DNA of 64,000 nt from Candidatus Latescibacterota bacterium (GTDB lineage: Bacteria; Latescibacterota; UBA2968), in contig OZ242010.1 of the NCBI GenBank assembly GCA_965204745.1, positions 4,096,001-4,160,000 of the forward strand. The letters run 5' to 3'. A model generated the notes under the pieces. The model was not told the DNA's origin, ran no database searches, and saw only the letters and a program-made list of their open reading frames with translations. Position 1 is the stretch's first letter, and every line of letters starts with the position of its first letter. The position numbers and the translations under genes are program-made. Shown in pieces: positions 39,067 to 49,564 of this stretch.

Positions 39067-39891
39067 TCAAGACCAGAGAAAGTGAAAGTGGGTTGCGATA
39101 GAGAGGACGAAGCCGAGGAGGGTGAGCGTGAGGCAGAGGAGGGCGATGAGGATGGTGAGGCGGCCTTCGCGGTATTGCGCGTTGGAGATGAGGGCTTGCG
39201 CGGCGAGCCAGCCGCCGATGAAGCCGCCGAGGTGCGCCCAGTTGTTGACGCCGCTCATGAGGAAGCCCATGACAAAGAGCAGAATGGCCCATTGCCATAT
39301 CTGCCGGGTCATAAGGGCGGAGATGTGGGTTTTTTGGTTGCGACCGTACACGATGAGCGCGGCAAAGAGTCCGAAAATCGCGCCGGACGCGCCCACTGTG
39401 GGATAGCCGGAAACGAGGTTGGAGAGGATAAAACCGACCGCCCCTGCGACCGTGTAGATGATAAAATAGCGCGCGGGGCCAAAGAGATGCCCCACATCCG
39501 GGCCGAGTTGCCGAATCCAAATCACATTGAACAAGATGTGGAGGAGGCTACCGTGCAAGTAAGTCGCGGTCAATACGCTCCACCACGGCGCATCGCGATA
39601 TGTCATGCCGAGTACGACCAAGGGGCGTTGGCCCGGGCTGAGCATGCCGAAAAGCCCACCGGACATCGACAGCGCGGCTTTGAGGTCGAGCAACAGGCTG
39701 ATGGCGTACAGGGCAATGCAAGCGGTGGGGATCAAGGCGAGGACGTCGATGCGACCGCCGAACAGCCGGTTCAGCGCGGGGCCGAGTCCCCAAAGATTGG
39801 GCTGATACGCGCCGCAATGCGGGCAGCGTTTCTCGTCGGTGTTGATGAGATAGCCGCAACCCGGGCAGATCATGGAGGTGCGAGGAGGCAT
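39067..39891 (-). CDS. Rhomboid intramembrane serine protease with an N-terminal zinc ribbon
   Basis: CPGCG..CPHCG; HGSLLHILFN, GASGAIFG and AHLGGFIGG. Confidence 0.92.
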   Translation of the reverse strand: MPPRTSMICPGCGYLINTDEKRCPHCGAYQPNLWGLGPALNRLFGGRIDVLALIPTACIALYAISLLLDLKAALSMSGGLFGMLSPGQRPLVVLGMTYRDAPWWSVLTATYLHGSLLHILFNVIWIRQLGPDVGHLFGPARYFIIYTVAGAVGFILSNLVSGYPTVGASGAIFGLFAALIVYGRNQKTHISALMTRQIWQWAILLFVMGFLMSGVNNWAHLGGFIGGWLAAQALISNAQYREGRLTILIALLCLTLTLLGFVLSIATHFHFLWS

Positions 39892-39895
39892 GGGA

Positions 39896-41035
39896 TTACT
39901 CGAGTTGTGACCAGTTGGCGAGCAGGAGCGAGAGGCCCTTGAGCACGCGCTGCATGTCGCGTTCAGCCGTGTGCCCCATCGCCGCGATGCGGAAGGCGCG
40001 GTCTTTGGTGTCGCCATAGCCCGCGCCGAGTTGCACGTTGAGCAATGCCCGTGCTTTGGCGACGAAATCCGATCCGGGAATATGGCGCGGCAAATAGATG
40101 GCACTCACGGTCAGGCTCTCGTATCCCGGTTGGGCCATCAAGCGCAAACCATGCGCGGTGGCCCACTCGCGTTGCATCAGGGCGAGGTTGCGATGGCGTT
40201 GGAAGCGTTGGGCGCCCTCGCGCTTCATTTCTTCGAGGCGTGCGATCAGGCATTGCAAGGTCAGGTCCGCGACGGTCATCGGGGTTTGGGCCGTTTCCGC
40301 ACGCTCGCGCCATTCGATGAGGTCGAGGACATACCCGCGTTCTGGCGTTCTGGCGGCCACCTCAAAGGCGCGGTCAGATGCGATCATCACGGAGCCGATG
40401 GTCGGGCACGCAAAGTCTTTTTGCAAACTCCAAAAATAGTAATCCGGGCGCAGGGTTTTAATCGGCGTATCTACCGCGCCCGCACTGCTCACCGCGTCAA
40501 TGGCGATCAGGGTTTGGGGGGATATGTGCCGCACCGCGTCGCACATTCCTTGGATGGGCAACATCACGCCTGTGGAGGTTTCGTTGTGGGTCAGAAGGGC
40601 CAGGTCGTGGGATTTGGAAAGGGCGTCAGACCAAGTTTGGGCGTCAATACCTTTGCCCCAGTTGGCTTTTACGACGTCGATTTGACGCCCGCGACTTTGG
40701 AAGACCTGGGTCCATTTCTTGGAAAACGCGCCGATGTCCATGCCCAAGGTGGTGCGAGAACGCGGGGTATTGACCGCGACCATTTCCCAGTTGTAGCTAC
40801 CGGTGTGACCAAAGATGAGCGGGGTAAAGCCGGGGGGGATGTGAAAGACTTCGCGCAACAGGGCCGCGGCTTTTTGATAGCGGGCTTTGAAGGCAGTGGA
40901 CCGGTGCGAATAGGTCGCCCGATACGTTTGCAAAACGCGGCGAACCGCCGGGGTGAGCATGTGCGGGCCGGGTGCCCAAAGCGCGAGATTGGGCAGGCGT
41001 AGGTCCGCGATTTCTCGGACAAGGGCAGGGGACAA
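39896..41035 (-). CDS. Class V PLP aminotransferase (serine-pyruvate/alanine-glyoxylate type)
   Basis: PGP, HNETSTGV, IDAVSS, SLQK (PLP lysine) and FRIAAMG. Confidence 0.88.
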   Translation of the reverse strand: MSPALVREIADLRLPNLALWAPGPHMLTPAVRRVLQTYRATYSHRSTAFKARYQKAAALLREVFHIPPGFTPLIFGHTGSYNWEMVAVNTPRSRTTLGMDIGAFSKKWTQVFQSRGRQIDVVKANWGKGIDAQTWSDALSKSHDLALLTHNETSTGVMLPIQGMCDAVRHISPQTLIAIDAVSSAGAVDTPIKTLRPDYYFWSLQKDFACPTIGSVMIASDRAFEVAARTPERGYVLDLIEWRERAETAQTPMTVADLTLQCLIARLEEMKREGAQRFQRHRNLALMQREWATAHGLRLMAQPGYESLTVSAIYLPRHIPGSDFVAKARALLNVQLGAGYGDTKDRAFRIAAMGHTAERDMQRVLKGLSLLLANWSQLE

Positions 41036-41048
41036 GCGGTTTGCTCCA

Positions 41049-41082
41049 TAAAAAAAACCCGTTAAATTAACGGGTTAAAAAA
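41049..41082 (-). terminator. Terminator downstream of the tRNA
   Basis: AACCCGTTAA-A-TTAACGGGTT hairpin with an A-run on + (U-run on -). Confidence 0.75.
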
Positions 41083-41159
41083 TGGAGCGGGAAACGGGAT
41101 TCGAACCCGCGACCTTCTGCATGGCAAGCAGATGCTCTAGCCAGCTGAGCTATTCCCGC
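41083..41159 (-). tRNA. tRNA-Gly(GCC)
   Basis: GCGGGAATAGCTCAGCTGGCTAGAGCATCTGCTTGCCATGCAGAAGGTCGCGGGTTCGAATCCCGTTTCCCGCTCCA; cloverleaf with encoded CCA; upstream TTGACA (41196-41201)-17 nt-TAGGTT. Confidence 0.97.
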
Positions 41160-41435
41160 TCGTTCAATGCTAAACCTACACAAAGGGCTGTGGCTTGTCA
41201 AGGTCAATTTTTCGGGAGATGTGTTGATAAAGGACGGGTTCTTTGTTATATTGGGGTTGCAATGGAGGCAAGAGGGGAGCCGGAAGAGGCGAGAAACGGC
41301 TCCAAGTGGTCAGTGGTCAGTCCACCCAACCCCAAAAGCGGATCGCGGATGAAATGCGAAATGTAGGGACAGGCCCCTGTGCTCGCCCGAAGATACAAGG
41401 GGAGAGGTCATCATTTTATTTGGAGGTATGGTTTG

Positions 41436-44183
41436 ATGCGAAATGGGCTTTTTGTTCTGATGATGAGTTTTTGTTTGTCCAGCGCGGTGTGGGCGCAGGC
41501 GCAACGTATATCGGTATCGGCTGATTTTGATGGCAATGGCGCGGTTGATTTCCGCGATTTCTCGAAGTTGATGAACCACTTGGGGCAGGCGGAACTCGAC
41601 CGCGGTTTTGATCCTGCGGTGGATTTGAACAACGATGCCAAGATAGATGGTGAAGATGCGTTCGTATTTGCCGATGTGTTTTCAGTCGACGCCTCCGAGG
41701 CGTTTTTGACGACCCGTGATGGGGAAAACGCCCAGGCCAAGTTGCGCCTGGATCCAGATGGCAATGGTTATTTGATCTCTTTGGAAGATACCGTTCACAT
41801 TGGTGGGTATCGCATTGTCTTTTCCATGCCCGCAGGGGTTTCCGTCAGCAAGGTACACGATCTCATAGGCATTGGGCTGTTGCCGGTGCGCCGGACAAGT
41901 GATGGCGTGGAGATCGTCGGATTGACCTTGGGCAACAAGCCCATCGCGCATTCGGGGTTGATCGCAAAAGTGACCTTCAAGGGCGATATAACGGGTATTG
42001 ACATTGAATCCGCGCATTTGCGCGGCACTCGGTACAAACAGCTCAACCACGAATACATCGGCGAGCGCAATGAAATCGCGAGCGGCGACATCAGCAAGGT
42101 GATCGCGCTTGGAGATGTGGAGGTTTCGCACCGAATTTTCGATTTCGGCCATCTCGCACTTGGCGAAGCAGTCTCGGACACCTTTTCGATTAAGAATACA
42201 TTTGATACGCAACAAGTGCCGCCCGGCACGACGCGCAAACTCTCATTTGAGTTGACGACATCGGGGCAGGAAATAGCCGTTTCCCCCCGAAGCGTAGGGG
42301 TGCTGACCGACTCGACCAAGGGCCTGAGTGCGGGCAGGATGCAAACGATTAAGTTGACTGTCACCCCCATGCAACCGGGGGGTTTTTCGGGTTATGTCGA
42401 CGTGAAGACCAATCGGAAAGAACGCGAAATTATCCGCATACACGTTATGGCGCGCGTGCGGGAGGGCGATGAAGCATTGACGCGCGTTATCGCGGATTTT
42501 GATACCAATGGCACGGTGGATTACGGCGATTTTGACCAGTTGATCACGCGGTTCGGGCAAACGCTCAGGTCGAGCAAGTACGATTTGGACCGCGATGGGG
42601 TTGTGGATGCAGACGACGCTTTTCTGCTCGCCGATGTGCTCGGCGGCGGGGTTGGCCTCGCGTATCTCGACTGGGTAGATGTGATTTCCGGCATCAATGG
42701 GCACGCGGCTGTGCGGGTGCAGGGCGAGGGCGAGGAGTTGAAAATTTTTGCGCGCGAACTCGAGCGATTGGGCGGGTATCGGATCGTTTTGAAGTACAAT
42801 CCGAATGATGTGGATTTGCGCTGGGCGCGGGATCGCACGGGCGGCGGGATCTTGCCCATTCACAAAACGAGCACCGGCGCGGAAATTGTGGGGATGGGAT
42901 TTGGCGCGTTGGTAAATACCCCCGATTATTTGGATCTGGCTGAAATCAGTGTGCGGCCCCTCAAAGGGCAATCCAATGTGCAATCCCTAATTTCGATAGG
43001 CGATGTGACCTTGCGCGGCAGTCGCGGAGAACGCGATTCTATCGAGGCAGAGCGCATTGGGGCGAACGGCCTTGACGCCATTCCCCGGGCAATTGATTTT
43101 GGCACGCTGCGCCAGGGCACGACTGTGGAAGACACTGTGCATGTTTTTAATATGAGCGATGAGAAGGCCGGTTTTATGGCTGTTTCGTCAGACTCGACAG
43201 TGCTGACAAACAGACCGCGTGCAGTCGGCCATTTGAACCCCGGCCGCGGGTGGGCTGTGCGCGTGACTTATACGGCGACTGGGATTGGCCCGTTTTCTGG
43301 CACCCTGACGATTGCCTCGAATACCGACGACCCGACGCCCGTTGTGGTGCAAATTCGGGCTTCTGTGACGGGCATCGTCCGGGCCATGCCCGATTCGCTC
43401 GCGTTTGGCGAGGTTCTGTTGGGACAAAGCGATTCTCTGTCCGTGCGCGTGACCAATCCCAATGCGGATGCCCTGCGGATCAGCGCGATTGATTTTGCGC
43501 GTTCCGATAGCAATTTTGTAACCGATGTGGCATTGCCCCTCACTGTTGCAGGGCGCGATAGCGCGGCGATAGGGGTGCGCTTCAATCCGCGCCTGCGGGG
43601 TATGATTCGCGATACGTTGCGAATCGCTACCGGGGATACGACGTTCTCGATTCCACTTTCCGGGCGCGGCACTCAATCGCTGCCCAGGGTGGATTACGAC
43701 GAGCTCGATTTCGGAACGGTCAGGCAGGGCAGAGACAGCTTGCAAACCGTGACGGTTTCCAACGATGGGAATATCGCGCTAATCATTTCTAACGTGATGG
43801 TGACGGGCGATGGATTCGCGCTCGCATCTGCGGCCGAATTGCCCGATATAGCGTTGCCCGATACGCTGAACGCGGGAGACACGCACGCCATTCGCGTTCG
43901 ATTCGCGCCGGATATGGCGGGCGATCACCAAGGCACGTTGCGGATTTTGCTGATGTCCGAAACGCTCGAAATTGGCTTGTCTGGCACGGGTCGCGTTTCC
44001 AATCCCGATTTTGATGGCGATGGGGAAGTTGACTTCGACGATTTTATTTTGTTTGCAAGGGCGTTTGGCACGTCATCGAATGATGAACAATTCGATCCGC
44101 GCTACGATCTCGATGGCGATGGGGAAGTCGGCTTTGCCGATTTTATCGCCTTTGCCGAGAAATTCGGGCAACGGGTCGGGTAA
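41436..44183 (+). CDS. Secreted surface protein: 3 dockerin/EF-hand pairs, 2 cohesin-like domains, about 4 ASH-type Ig domains
   Basis: Signal peptide ending VWA|Q; DFDGNGAVDFRDF, DFDTNGTVDYGDF and DFDGDGEVDFDDF; (I/L)DFG.V..G...V.N Ig repeats; GGYRIV twice. Confidence 0.8.
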   Translation: MRNGLFVLMMSFCLSSAVWAQAQRISVSADFDGNGAVDFRDFSKLMNHLGQAELDRGFDPAVDLNNDAKIDGEDAFVFADVFSVDASEAFLTTRDGENAQAKLRLDPDGNGYLISLEDTVHIGGYRIVFSMPAGVSVSKVHDLIGIGLLPVRRTSDGVEIVGLTLGNKPIAHSGLIAKVTFKGDITGIDIESAHLRGTRYKQLNHEYIGERNEIASGDISKVIALGDVEVSHRIFDFGHLALGEAVSDTFSIKNTFDTQQVPPGTTRKLSFELTTSGQEIAVSPRSVGVLTDSTKGLSAGRMQTIKLTVTPMQPGGFSGYVDVKTNRKEREIIRIHVMARVREGDEALTRVIADFDTNGTVDYGDFDQLITRFGQTLRSSKYDLDRDGVVDADDAFLLADVLGGGVGLAYLDWVDVISGINGHAAVRVQGEGEELKIFARELERLGGYRIVLKYNPNDVDLRWARDRTGGGILPIHKTSTGAEIVGMGFGALVNTPDYLDLAEISVRPLKGQSNVQSLISIGDVTLRGSRGERDSIEAERIGANGLDAIPRAIDFGTLRQGTTVEDTVHVFNMSDEKAGFMAVSSDSTVLTNRPRAVGHLNPGRGWAVRVTYTATGIGPFSGTLTIASNTDDPTPVVVQIRASVTGIVRAMPDSLAFGEVLLGQSDSLSVRVTNPNADALRISAIDFARSDSNFVTDVALPLTVAGRDSAAIGVRFNPRLRGMIRDTLRIATGDTTFSIPLSGRGTQSLPRVDYDELDFGTVRQGRDSLQTVTVSNDGNIALIISNVMVTGDGFALASAAELPDIALPDTLNAGDTHAIRVRFAPDMAGDHQGTLRILLMSETLEIGLSGTGRVSNPDFDGDGEVDFDDFILFARAFGTSSNDEQFDPRYDLDGDGEVGFADFIAFAEKFGQRVG

Positions 44184-44351
44184 GGCGCGAAATACAACCG
44201 CATAAGAACACATGAGAATGTAGGGCCGTGGCCCCTGTGTCCGGCCAAAAGTACGAGAAGCGAAGGTTAAGCGGTCTGCCCTACTCTTGTCTCGCGTTTC
44301 CGGCGGGTTTTTTTTGGGCAGACGCGCTTTGTTTTTTGGGGGCATCTTACA

Positions 44352-46424
44352 ATGGGCGATAAGACGCTGGCGATAGATATCGGGGGCACGTTCACGGATG
44401 TGGTGTTGCGGGATCGGGCTTCGGGGGCGTTGTCCGTGGCAAAGGTGTTGACGCGCTATCCCGATCCGTCCGTGGGTGTGTTGGAGGGCGCAAAAAAGGT
44501 GCTCAAGGATGTGTCGCCCGATGAGATTTCCCGAGCGGTTCACGGTACGACGCTGGTGACAAACGCGCTGATCGAGCGCAGGGGCGCGAAGACCGGGTTG
44601 ATTACCACAGCGGGTTTTCGAGACGCGCTGGAAATTGGGCGCGAGGGTCGCTACGATATTTACGATTTGTTCCTCAAATTGCCCGAACCCTTGGTTGAAC
44701 GGCGGTTGCGCTTGGAGGTGCGCGAGCGGGTGTACGCGCGTGGCGACGTGATGTTGCCGCTGAATGAGGAAGATGTGGTCAAGGCGTGCGACGGGTTGCG
44801 CGAGGCCGAGGTGCGTGCAGTTGCCATTGTGTTTTTGCACGCTTATGTCAATCCCGACCACGAGCGGCGCGCCGCAGAAATTGTGCGCCGCGAGTTGCCG
44901 GAGGTGGCGATTTCGGTTTCGCACAGGGTCGCCGCCGAGTTGCGGGAATTTGAGCGCGCCTCCACCACTGTGGCAAATGCGTACGTGCAACCCTTGGTAG
45001 AGAAATACCTGTCGCGCTTGGCGCGGGGATTAAAAGCCCTCGGCATTGCGGCACCGTTGCACATTATGCTCTCAAACGGCGGGTCGTGTTCCGTGCAAAT
45101 AGCTGCGGAGTTTCCGGCGCGCCTCGTAGAGTCTGGGCCGTGCGGGGGCGCGCTCGCTGCGGCGCATTGCGGGAATCGGGCCGGGTATCAACGGGTGCTC
45201 GCATTTGACATGGGAGGCACAACGGCAAAGGCCATTTTGAGCGACAAGGGCGCGTTTCCCATTACGACCGAGTCCGAGGTGGCGCGGGTGTACCGGTTCA
45301 AGCGCGGCAGTGGCTTGCCCTTGCTCATGCCGGTGCTCGACATGATAGAAATCGGCGCGGGCGGGGGTAGCATCGCGCATGCGAGTGAACTCGGCCTGCC
45401 CGCGGTGGGGCCCGAGAGCGCGGGGGCAGAGCCCGGCCCGGCGTGTTATGCCCGCGGGGGACGCTTGCCCACGGTGACGGATGCGGATATCTTGCTCGGG
45501 TATTTGAATGCCGAATATTTTTTGGGCGGGCAGATGGCGTTGGATGTGGATCGGGCCGCGCAGGCAGTTGATGAATTTGCCCAATCCGCAGGACTAAATC
45601 GCATGCGCGCCGCACAGGGCATTTGCGAACTCGTAAATGAAAACATGGCGAATGCCGCGCGCGTCCACGCCGCAGAGCGCGGGGTCGATCTGACGGGATA
45701 CGCACTCGTCGCCACCGGGGGCGCAGGGCCCGTTCACGCCTGTGGCGTTGCGACTCGCTTGGGCATTGACCGGGTGATCGTGCCGCCGGCAGCGGGCGTG
45801 GGGTCCGCGTGTGGCTTGATGCTCGCGCCCATTGCGTTTGATTATGTGCGGAGTTTTGTGTCGCGCATCGAGGGATTGGATTTCGATATCGTGAACGCGC
45901 TCTACGTGGAGATGGAAACCGAGGGTCGCGCGTTGATGCGAGAAGCAGGAGTGGCGGAATCCGAGATCAGCATCGTGCGAACAGCGGATACGCGCTATGT
46001 GGGACAGGGCCATGAGATCAGCGTGCCCGTGCCTTTGGGCACACTCACGGAAGAATCCGATGCGATGCTCCAAAAGGCGTTTGATGCGTCCTATCGCAAA
46101 ATATACGGACGGATATGCGAGGGCGTGCCGGTTGAAGCCATCCATTGGCGCGTGACGGTTTCGGGGGCGAAACCCGAGATTTGCGATCCCCGGCCCGAAA
46201 GAGAACCCGATGTTGGGCATCTGTCTGTGGAACGGCGAAAAGTGCTTTTTGATCAACGCGAACGAGAAGTTGCGGTTCACAAGCGGCAAACCCTTGCGGG
46301 AGGCATGGTTTTGCCAGGGCCTGTGATTGTCGAAGAAGTCGAATCCACGACGGTTGTGCCGCCCGGTTGGGTGTTGCGCGTGGATGACATGGGCAATCTC
46401 ATTCTCGGCAGGGAGGGCACATGA
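44352..46424 (+). CDS. Hydantoinase/oxoprolinase subunit A
   Basis: IDIGGTFTD, HGTTLVTNALIER, FDMGGTTAK and IGAGGGSIA. Confidence 0.95.
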   Translation: MGDKTLAIDIGGTFTDVVLRDRASGALSVAKVLTRYPDPSVGVLEGAKKVLKDVSPDEISRAVHGTTLVTNALIERRGAKTGLITTAGFRDALEIGREGRYDIYDLFLKLPEPLVERRLRLEVRERVYARGDVMLPLNEEDVVKACDGLREAEVRAVAIVFLHAYVNPDHERRAAEIVRRELPEVAISVSHRVAAELREFERASTTVANAYVQPLVEKYLSRLARGLKALGIAAPLHIMLSNGGSCSVQIAAEFPARLVESGPCGGALAAAHCGNRAGYQRVLAFDMGGTTAKAILSDKGAFPITTESEVARVYRFKRGSGLPLLMPVLDMIEIGAGGGSIAHASELGLPAVGPESAGAEPGPACYARGGRLPTVTDADILLGYLNAEYFLGGQMALDVDRAAQAVDEFAQSAGLNRMRAAQGICELVNENMANAARVHAAERGVDLTGYALVATGGAGPVHACGVATRLGIDRVIVPPAAGVGSACGLMLAPIAFDYVRSFVSRIEGLDFDIVNALYVEMETEGRALMREAGVAESEISIVRTADTRYVGQGHEISVPVPLGTLTEESDAMLQKAFDASYRKIYGRICEGVPVEAIHWRVTVSGAKPEICDPRPEREPDVGHLSVERRKVLFDQREREVAVHKRQTLAGGMVLPGPVIVEEVESTTVVPPGWVLRVDDMGNLILGREGT

Positions 46425-48163
46425 GCGGACGTGCGATTGATGCGGTTGAATTGGAAGTCCTGTGGAACAGGCTCATCTCCATTGTCAATGAACAAGCCGC
46501 GGCTTTGATGCACGCTTCTTTTACCACAGTGGTGCGCGAGGCCGGGGACTTGTCTGCCGGGGTGTTTGACCGCGCGGGCAACATGTTGGCCCAAGCCGTG
46601 ACCGGAACGCCTGGGCACATCAATACGATGGCGAATTGCGTGCGGCACTTTGTCAAACAACATCCGATTGATACGCTGAAGCCGGGGGATAGTTTGCTGA
46701 CCAATGACCCGTGGCTGGGATCCGGGCACTTGCACGATATCACCGTGGTCACGCCGGTTTTTTATCGGGGCAAGGGCGTGGGGTGGTTTGCCAATACCTG
46801 TCATGCGATGGATATCGGCGGGCGCACCTTGGGCGCGGGCGCGCGGCAGGTGTACGAGGAGGGGTTGAATATCCCGATTATGAAGTTGTTCCGCGGAGGT
46901 GCGATCAACCGGGATTTGATCGCGATTGTGCGGGCGAATGTGCGCGTGCCGGATCAGGTCGTTGGCGATCTGTACGCGCAACAGGCCGGCAATGACGTGG
47001 GCGCGGTCAAGCTGATTCAGGCACTTGGGGATTACGATCTCGCGGATTTAGAGGAGCTGTCGGCGCGAATTTTGGACCGCTCGGAAGCGGCGACCCGTGC
47101 GGCCATAGCGGAAATCGCAAATGGCGTTTATGAAGACGAGGTGGCACTCGACGGGTACGACGCGCCGCTCATTATCCGCGCAAAAATCACGGTGGAGGAC
47201 GACAGCCTGATCGTGGATTACGCGGGCACGTCGCCCCAAGTGGGACGCGGGATCAATGTGGTGTACAATTACACGCACGCCTATACGACCTATCCCCTCA
47301 AATGCGCGATCAGCCCGCACATTCCCAACAACGAGGGCAGTTTTCGGCCCATCGCGGTCACCGCGCCGGAGGGGTGTATCCTAAACGCGCAATTCCCATG
47401 CGCGGTGGGCGCGCGGCACTTGGTCGGGCACTTTCTGTCGCAACCCCTGTTTGGCGCGCTGGCTCAGGCGATTCCGGACCGCGTGATCGCCGATGGATCG
47501 GCCGGGCTTTGGAACACGCAGTTGGAGGGCATCGACCGCCAGGGCGAACGCTTTGCGTACATCTTTTTTTCCGCAGGGGGCATGGGCGCGCGGCCCAATG
47601 ACGATGGCATTTCCGCGACTGCGTTCCCCAGCGGGATCAGGGGCGTGCCCGCCGAGGCGATTGAGTCTGTTTCGCCGGTGATCATGCACAAGCGCGCTCT
47701 GATTCCCGATTCGGGCGGCGCGGGCGCGTTTCGCGGGGGCTTGGGGCAAGAGATGGTTTTGTCGGTCGATTCCGATCATCCCGCGCTGCATTCGTGCATG
47801 TACGACCGCACGCACTACGCACCGCGCGGCTTTTTGGGCGGGCGCGACGGGATGTGCGGAGAACTCTTTTTGTCGGATGGCTCACGCCTGCCGCCCAAGG
47901 GGCGTTACGAACTCCAACCCGGGCAATGCGTGACCCTGCGTATCCCGGGCGGCGGCGGCTATGGCTCGCCCTTTGAACGCGATCCACAAAAGGTGCTAAA
48001 AGACGTCAACCAAGGCCGCGTGTCCCAAGCGGTTGCGCGCACGGATTACGGCGTGGCGATCTCGGCAGATGGACAGGTGGATGCCGAAGCCACAGAGCGG
48101 TTGCGAAAAAAGCAACCACCTAAGAACAAGGCAAAGAGGCAAGAGGTAAGACGGGAGAGGTGA
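46421..48163 (+). CDS. Hydantoinase B/oxoprolinase subunit
   Basis: NDPWLGSGHLHD, DSGGAGAFRGG and PGGGGYG; ATGA overlap with subunit A. Confidence 0.95.
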   Translation: MSGRAIDAVELEVLWNRLISIVNEQAAALMHASFTTVVREAGDLSAGVFDRAGNMLAQAVTGTPGHINTMANCVRHFVKQHPIDTLKPGDSLLTNDPWLGSGHLHDITVVTPVFYRGKGVGWFANTCHAMDIGGRTLGAGARQVYEEGLNIPIMKLFRGGAINRDLIAIVRANVRVPDQVVGDLYAQQAGNDVGAVKLIQALGDYDLADLEELSARILDRSEAATRAAIAEIANGVYEDEVALDGYDAPLIIRAKITVEDDSLIVDYAGTSPQVGRGINVVYNYTHAYTTYPLKCAISPHIPNNEGSFRPIAVTAPEGCILNAQFPCAVGARHLVGHFLSQPLFGALAQAIPDRVIADGSAGLWNTQLEGIDRQGERFAYIFFSAGGMGARPNDDGISATAFPSGIRGVPAEAIESVSPVIMHKRALIPDSGGAGAFRGGLGQEMVLSVDSDHPALHSCMYDRTHYAPRGFLGGRDGMCGELFLSDGSRLPPKGRYELQPGQCVTLRIPGGGGYGSPFERDPQKVLKDVNQGRVSQAVARTDYGVAISADGQVDAEATERLRKKQPPKNKAKRQEVRRER

Positions 48164-48179
48164 GACCGCTCCGCCACCC

Positions 48180-48450
48180 GTAGGAACAGGCCCCTGTGCC
48201 TGTCCTCAGTCAGTGGTCAGTCCGCCCAACCCCCTTCGTAAGGGCGTTGCCCCCGTGCTCGCCTTTTGTGTTTTTGTGCTTTTGAACTGGCTGTCGCCAG
48301 TTGTACCCCGCTCGTGGCTAAACTTCCATCTTACGTCTCACTTGCGGAAGGGCGGTGCGGGGACTGACAACTGACAACTGACAACTGACAACTGACAACT
48401 TGGGGTGGCTGGGCGGCCCTCTCCCGTCTTCCCTCTAACGTCTCACTTTT
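48180..48450. repeat. Repeat cluster: GTAG REPs, AACTGGC hairpin and (ACTGACA)x5
   Basis: GTAGGAACAGGCCCCTGTGCCTGTCCT at 48180; heptamer array at 48363-48400. Confidence 0.8.
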
Positions 48451-48465
48451 TTTAGGAGTTATTCG

Positions 48466-49365
48466 ATGGACAAAATTGGATTTGTCGGGCTGGGAATTAT
48501 GGGCAAGCCGATGTGTCACAACTTGCTGAAGGCCGGGTTTGACGTGACATTTTATGCGCGAAAAGCCGATGTTGTAACCGAGATGAAACGCGCAGGGGCA
48601 ACTTACGCGCCGTCGTCGCGGGCCGTGGGCGAGGCAACGGATATCGTCATTACGATAGTGACGGCCGATCCCGAAGTGCGCGAGGTCATTTTGGGGAAAG
48701 AGGGCGTTTTGGAGGGGGTGTCCGAAGGCGATCTGATTGTGGATATGAGCACGATTTCCCCCCTGACCATTCGGGAGGTGGCAGTGCGTGCCGCGCAAAA
48801 AGGGGTTCGCGTGATGGACGCGCCGGTCAGCGGCGGGGATATCGGGGCGATCAACGGTACGCTGACCATTATCGCGGGTGGGGAACGGGTGGATTTTGAT
48901 CGCTGTGAGGGTCTGTTTGACGCGATGGGCAATAGCGACAATGTGTTTCACGTAGGCGCTGTCGGCGTGGGGCAAACCGTGAAGATCGTCAATCAGTTGC
49001 TCGGCGGCATCGCGATGGTGGCGATTTCCGAAGCCCTCACTTTGGGCATTAAAGCAGGCGCGGATCCGGACGTGATGCGGCAGGTGATCGGCGTGAGTTC
49101 GGGCAATTCATCAACTTTTCAGTCGCGCGTTGCAGACTTTTTGCTCAAGGGCCAGTTCGCGCCGGGGTTTATGCTCGATTTGATGAAAAAGGACGTCGGC
49201 ATCGGCGTGGAGATGGGACGCGCCCTGAACGTGCCCGTGCCTTTGGGCGCTGTGGCCTATCAATTGTACGCTGCGGCGAGCAACTCGGGCGCGGGCGAAC
49301 TTGATTTTTCAGCCGTGGCCAAAGCCATCGAGACCTTGTCCGGCGTTCGGATCAGCGAGGCATGA
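48466..49365 (+). CDS. Beta-hydroxyacid dehydrogenase (2-hydroxy-3-oxopropionate reductase / HIBADH family)
   Basis: IGFVGLGIMGKPM, DAPVSGG and VKIVNQ. Confidence 0.92.
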   Translation: MDKIGFVGLGIMGKPMCHNLLKAGFDVTFYARKADVVTEMKRAGATYAPSSRAVGEATDIVITIVTADPEVREVILGKEGVLEGVSEGDLIVDMSTISPLTIREVAVRAAQKGVRVMDAPVSGGDIGAINGTLTIIAGGERVDFDRCEGLFDAMGNSDNVFHVGAVGVGQTVKIVNQLLGGIAMVAISEALTLGIKAGADPDVMRQVIGVSSGNSSTFQSRVADFLLKGQFAPGFMLDLMKKDVGIGVEMGRALNVPVPLGAVAYQLYAAASNSGAGELDFSAVAKAIETLSGVRISEA

Positions 49366-49564
49366 GAGCTATGGGCCATCCACTTTCAGCGGTCAGCCAC
49401 CTCGGCGACTTGCTTTGCTAACCGCTTGGACTGCGCGATTGGGCGGGGAATAATTAAAACTGGACAACGCGGTTTTTCTGCGTTATTTTTTGTCGAATCA
49501 AAAGATGAACGCCACCTTGCGGACTATTGGGGTTGGCAGAGAAGGGAAGTGAAGAGAGGTCGTT

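Noticed and set aside
41083-41159. tRNA-Gly as the attachment site of an integrated island
   Set aside because: No integrase, and no duplicated tRNA 3' end was noticed in the window (checked by eye only).
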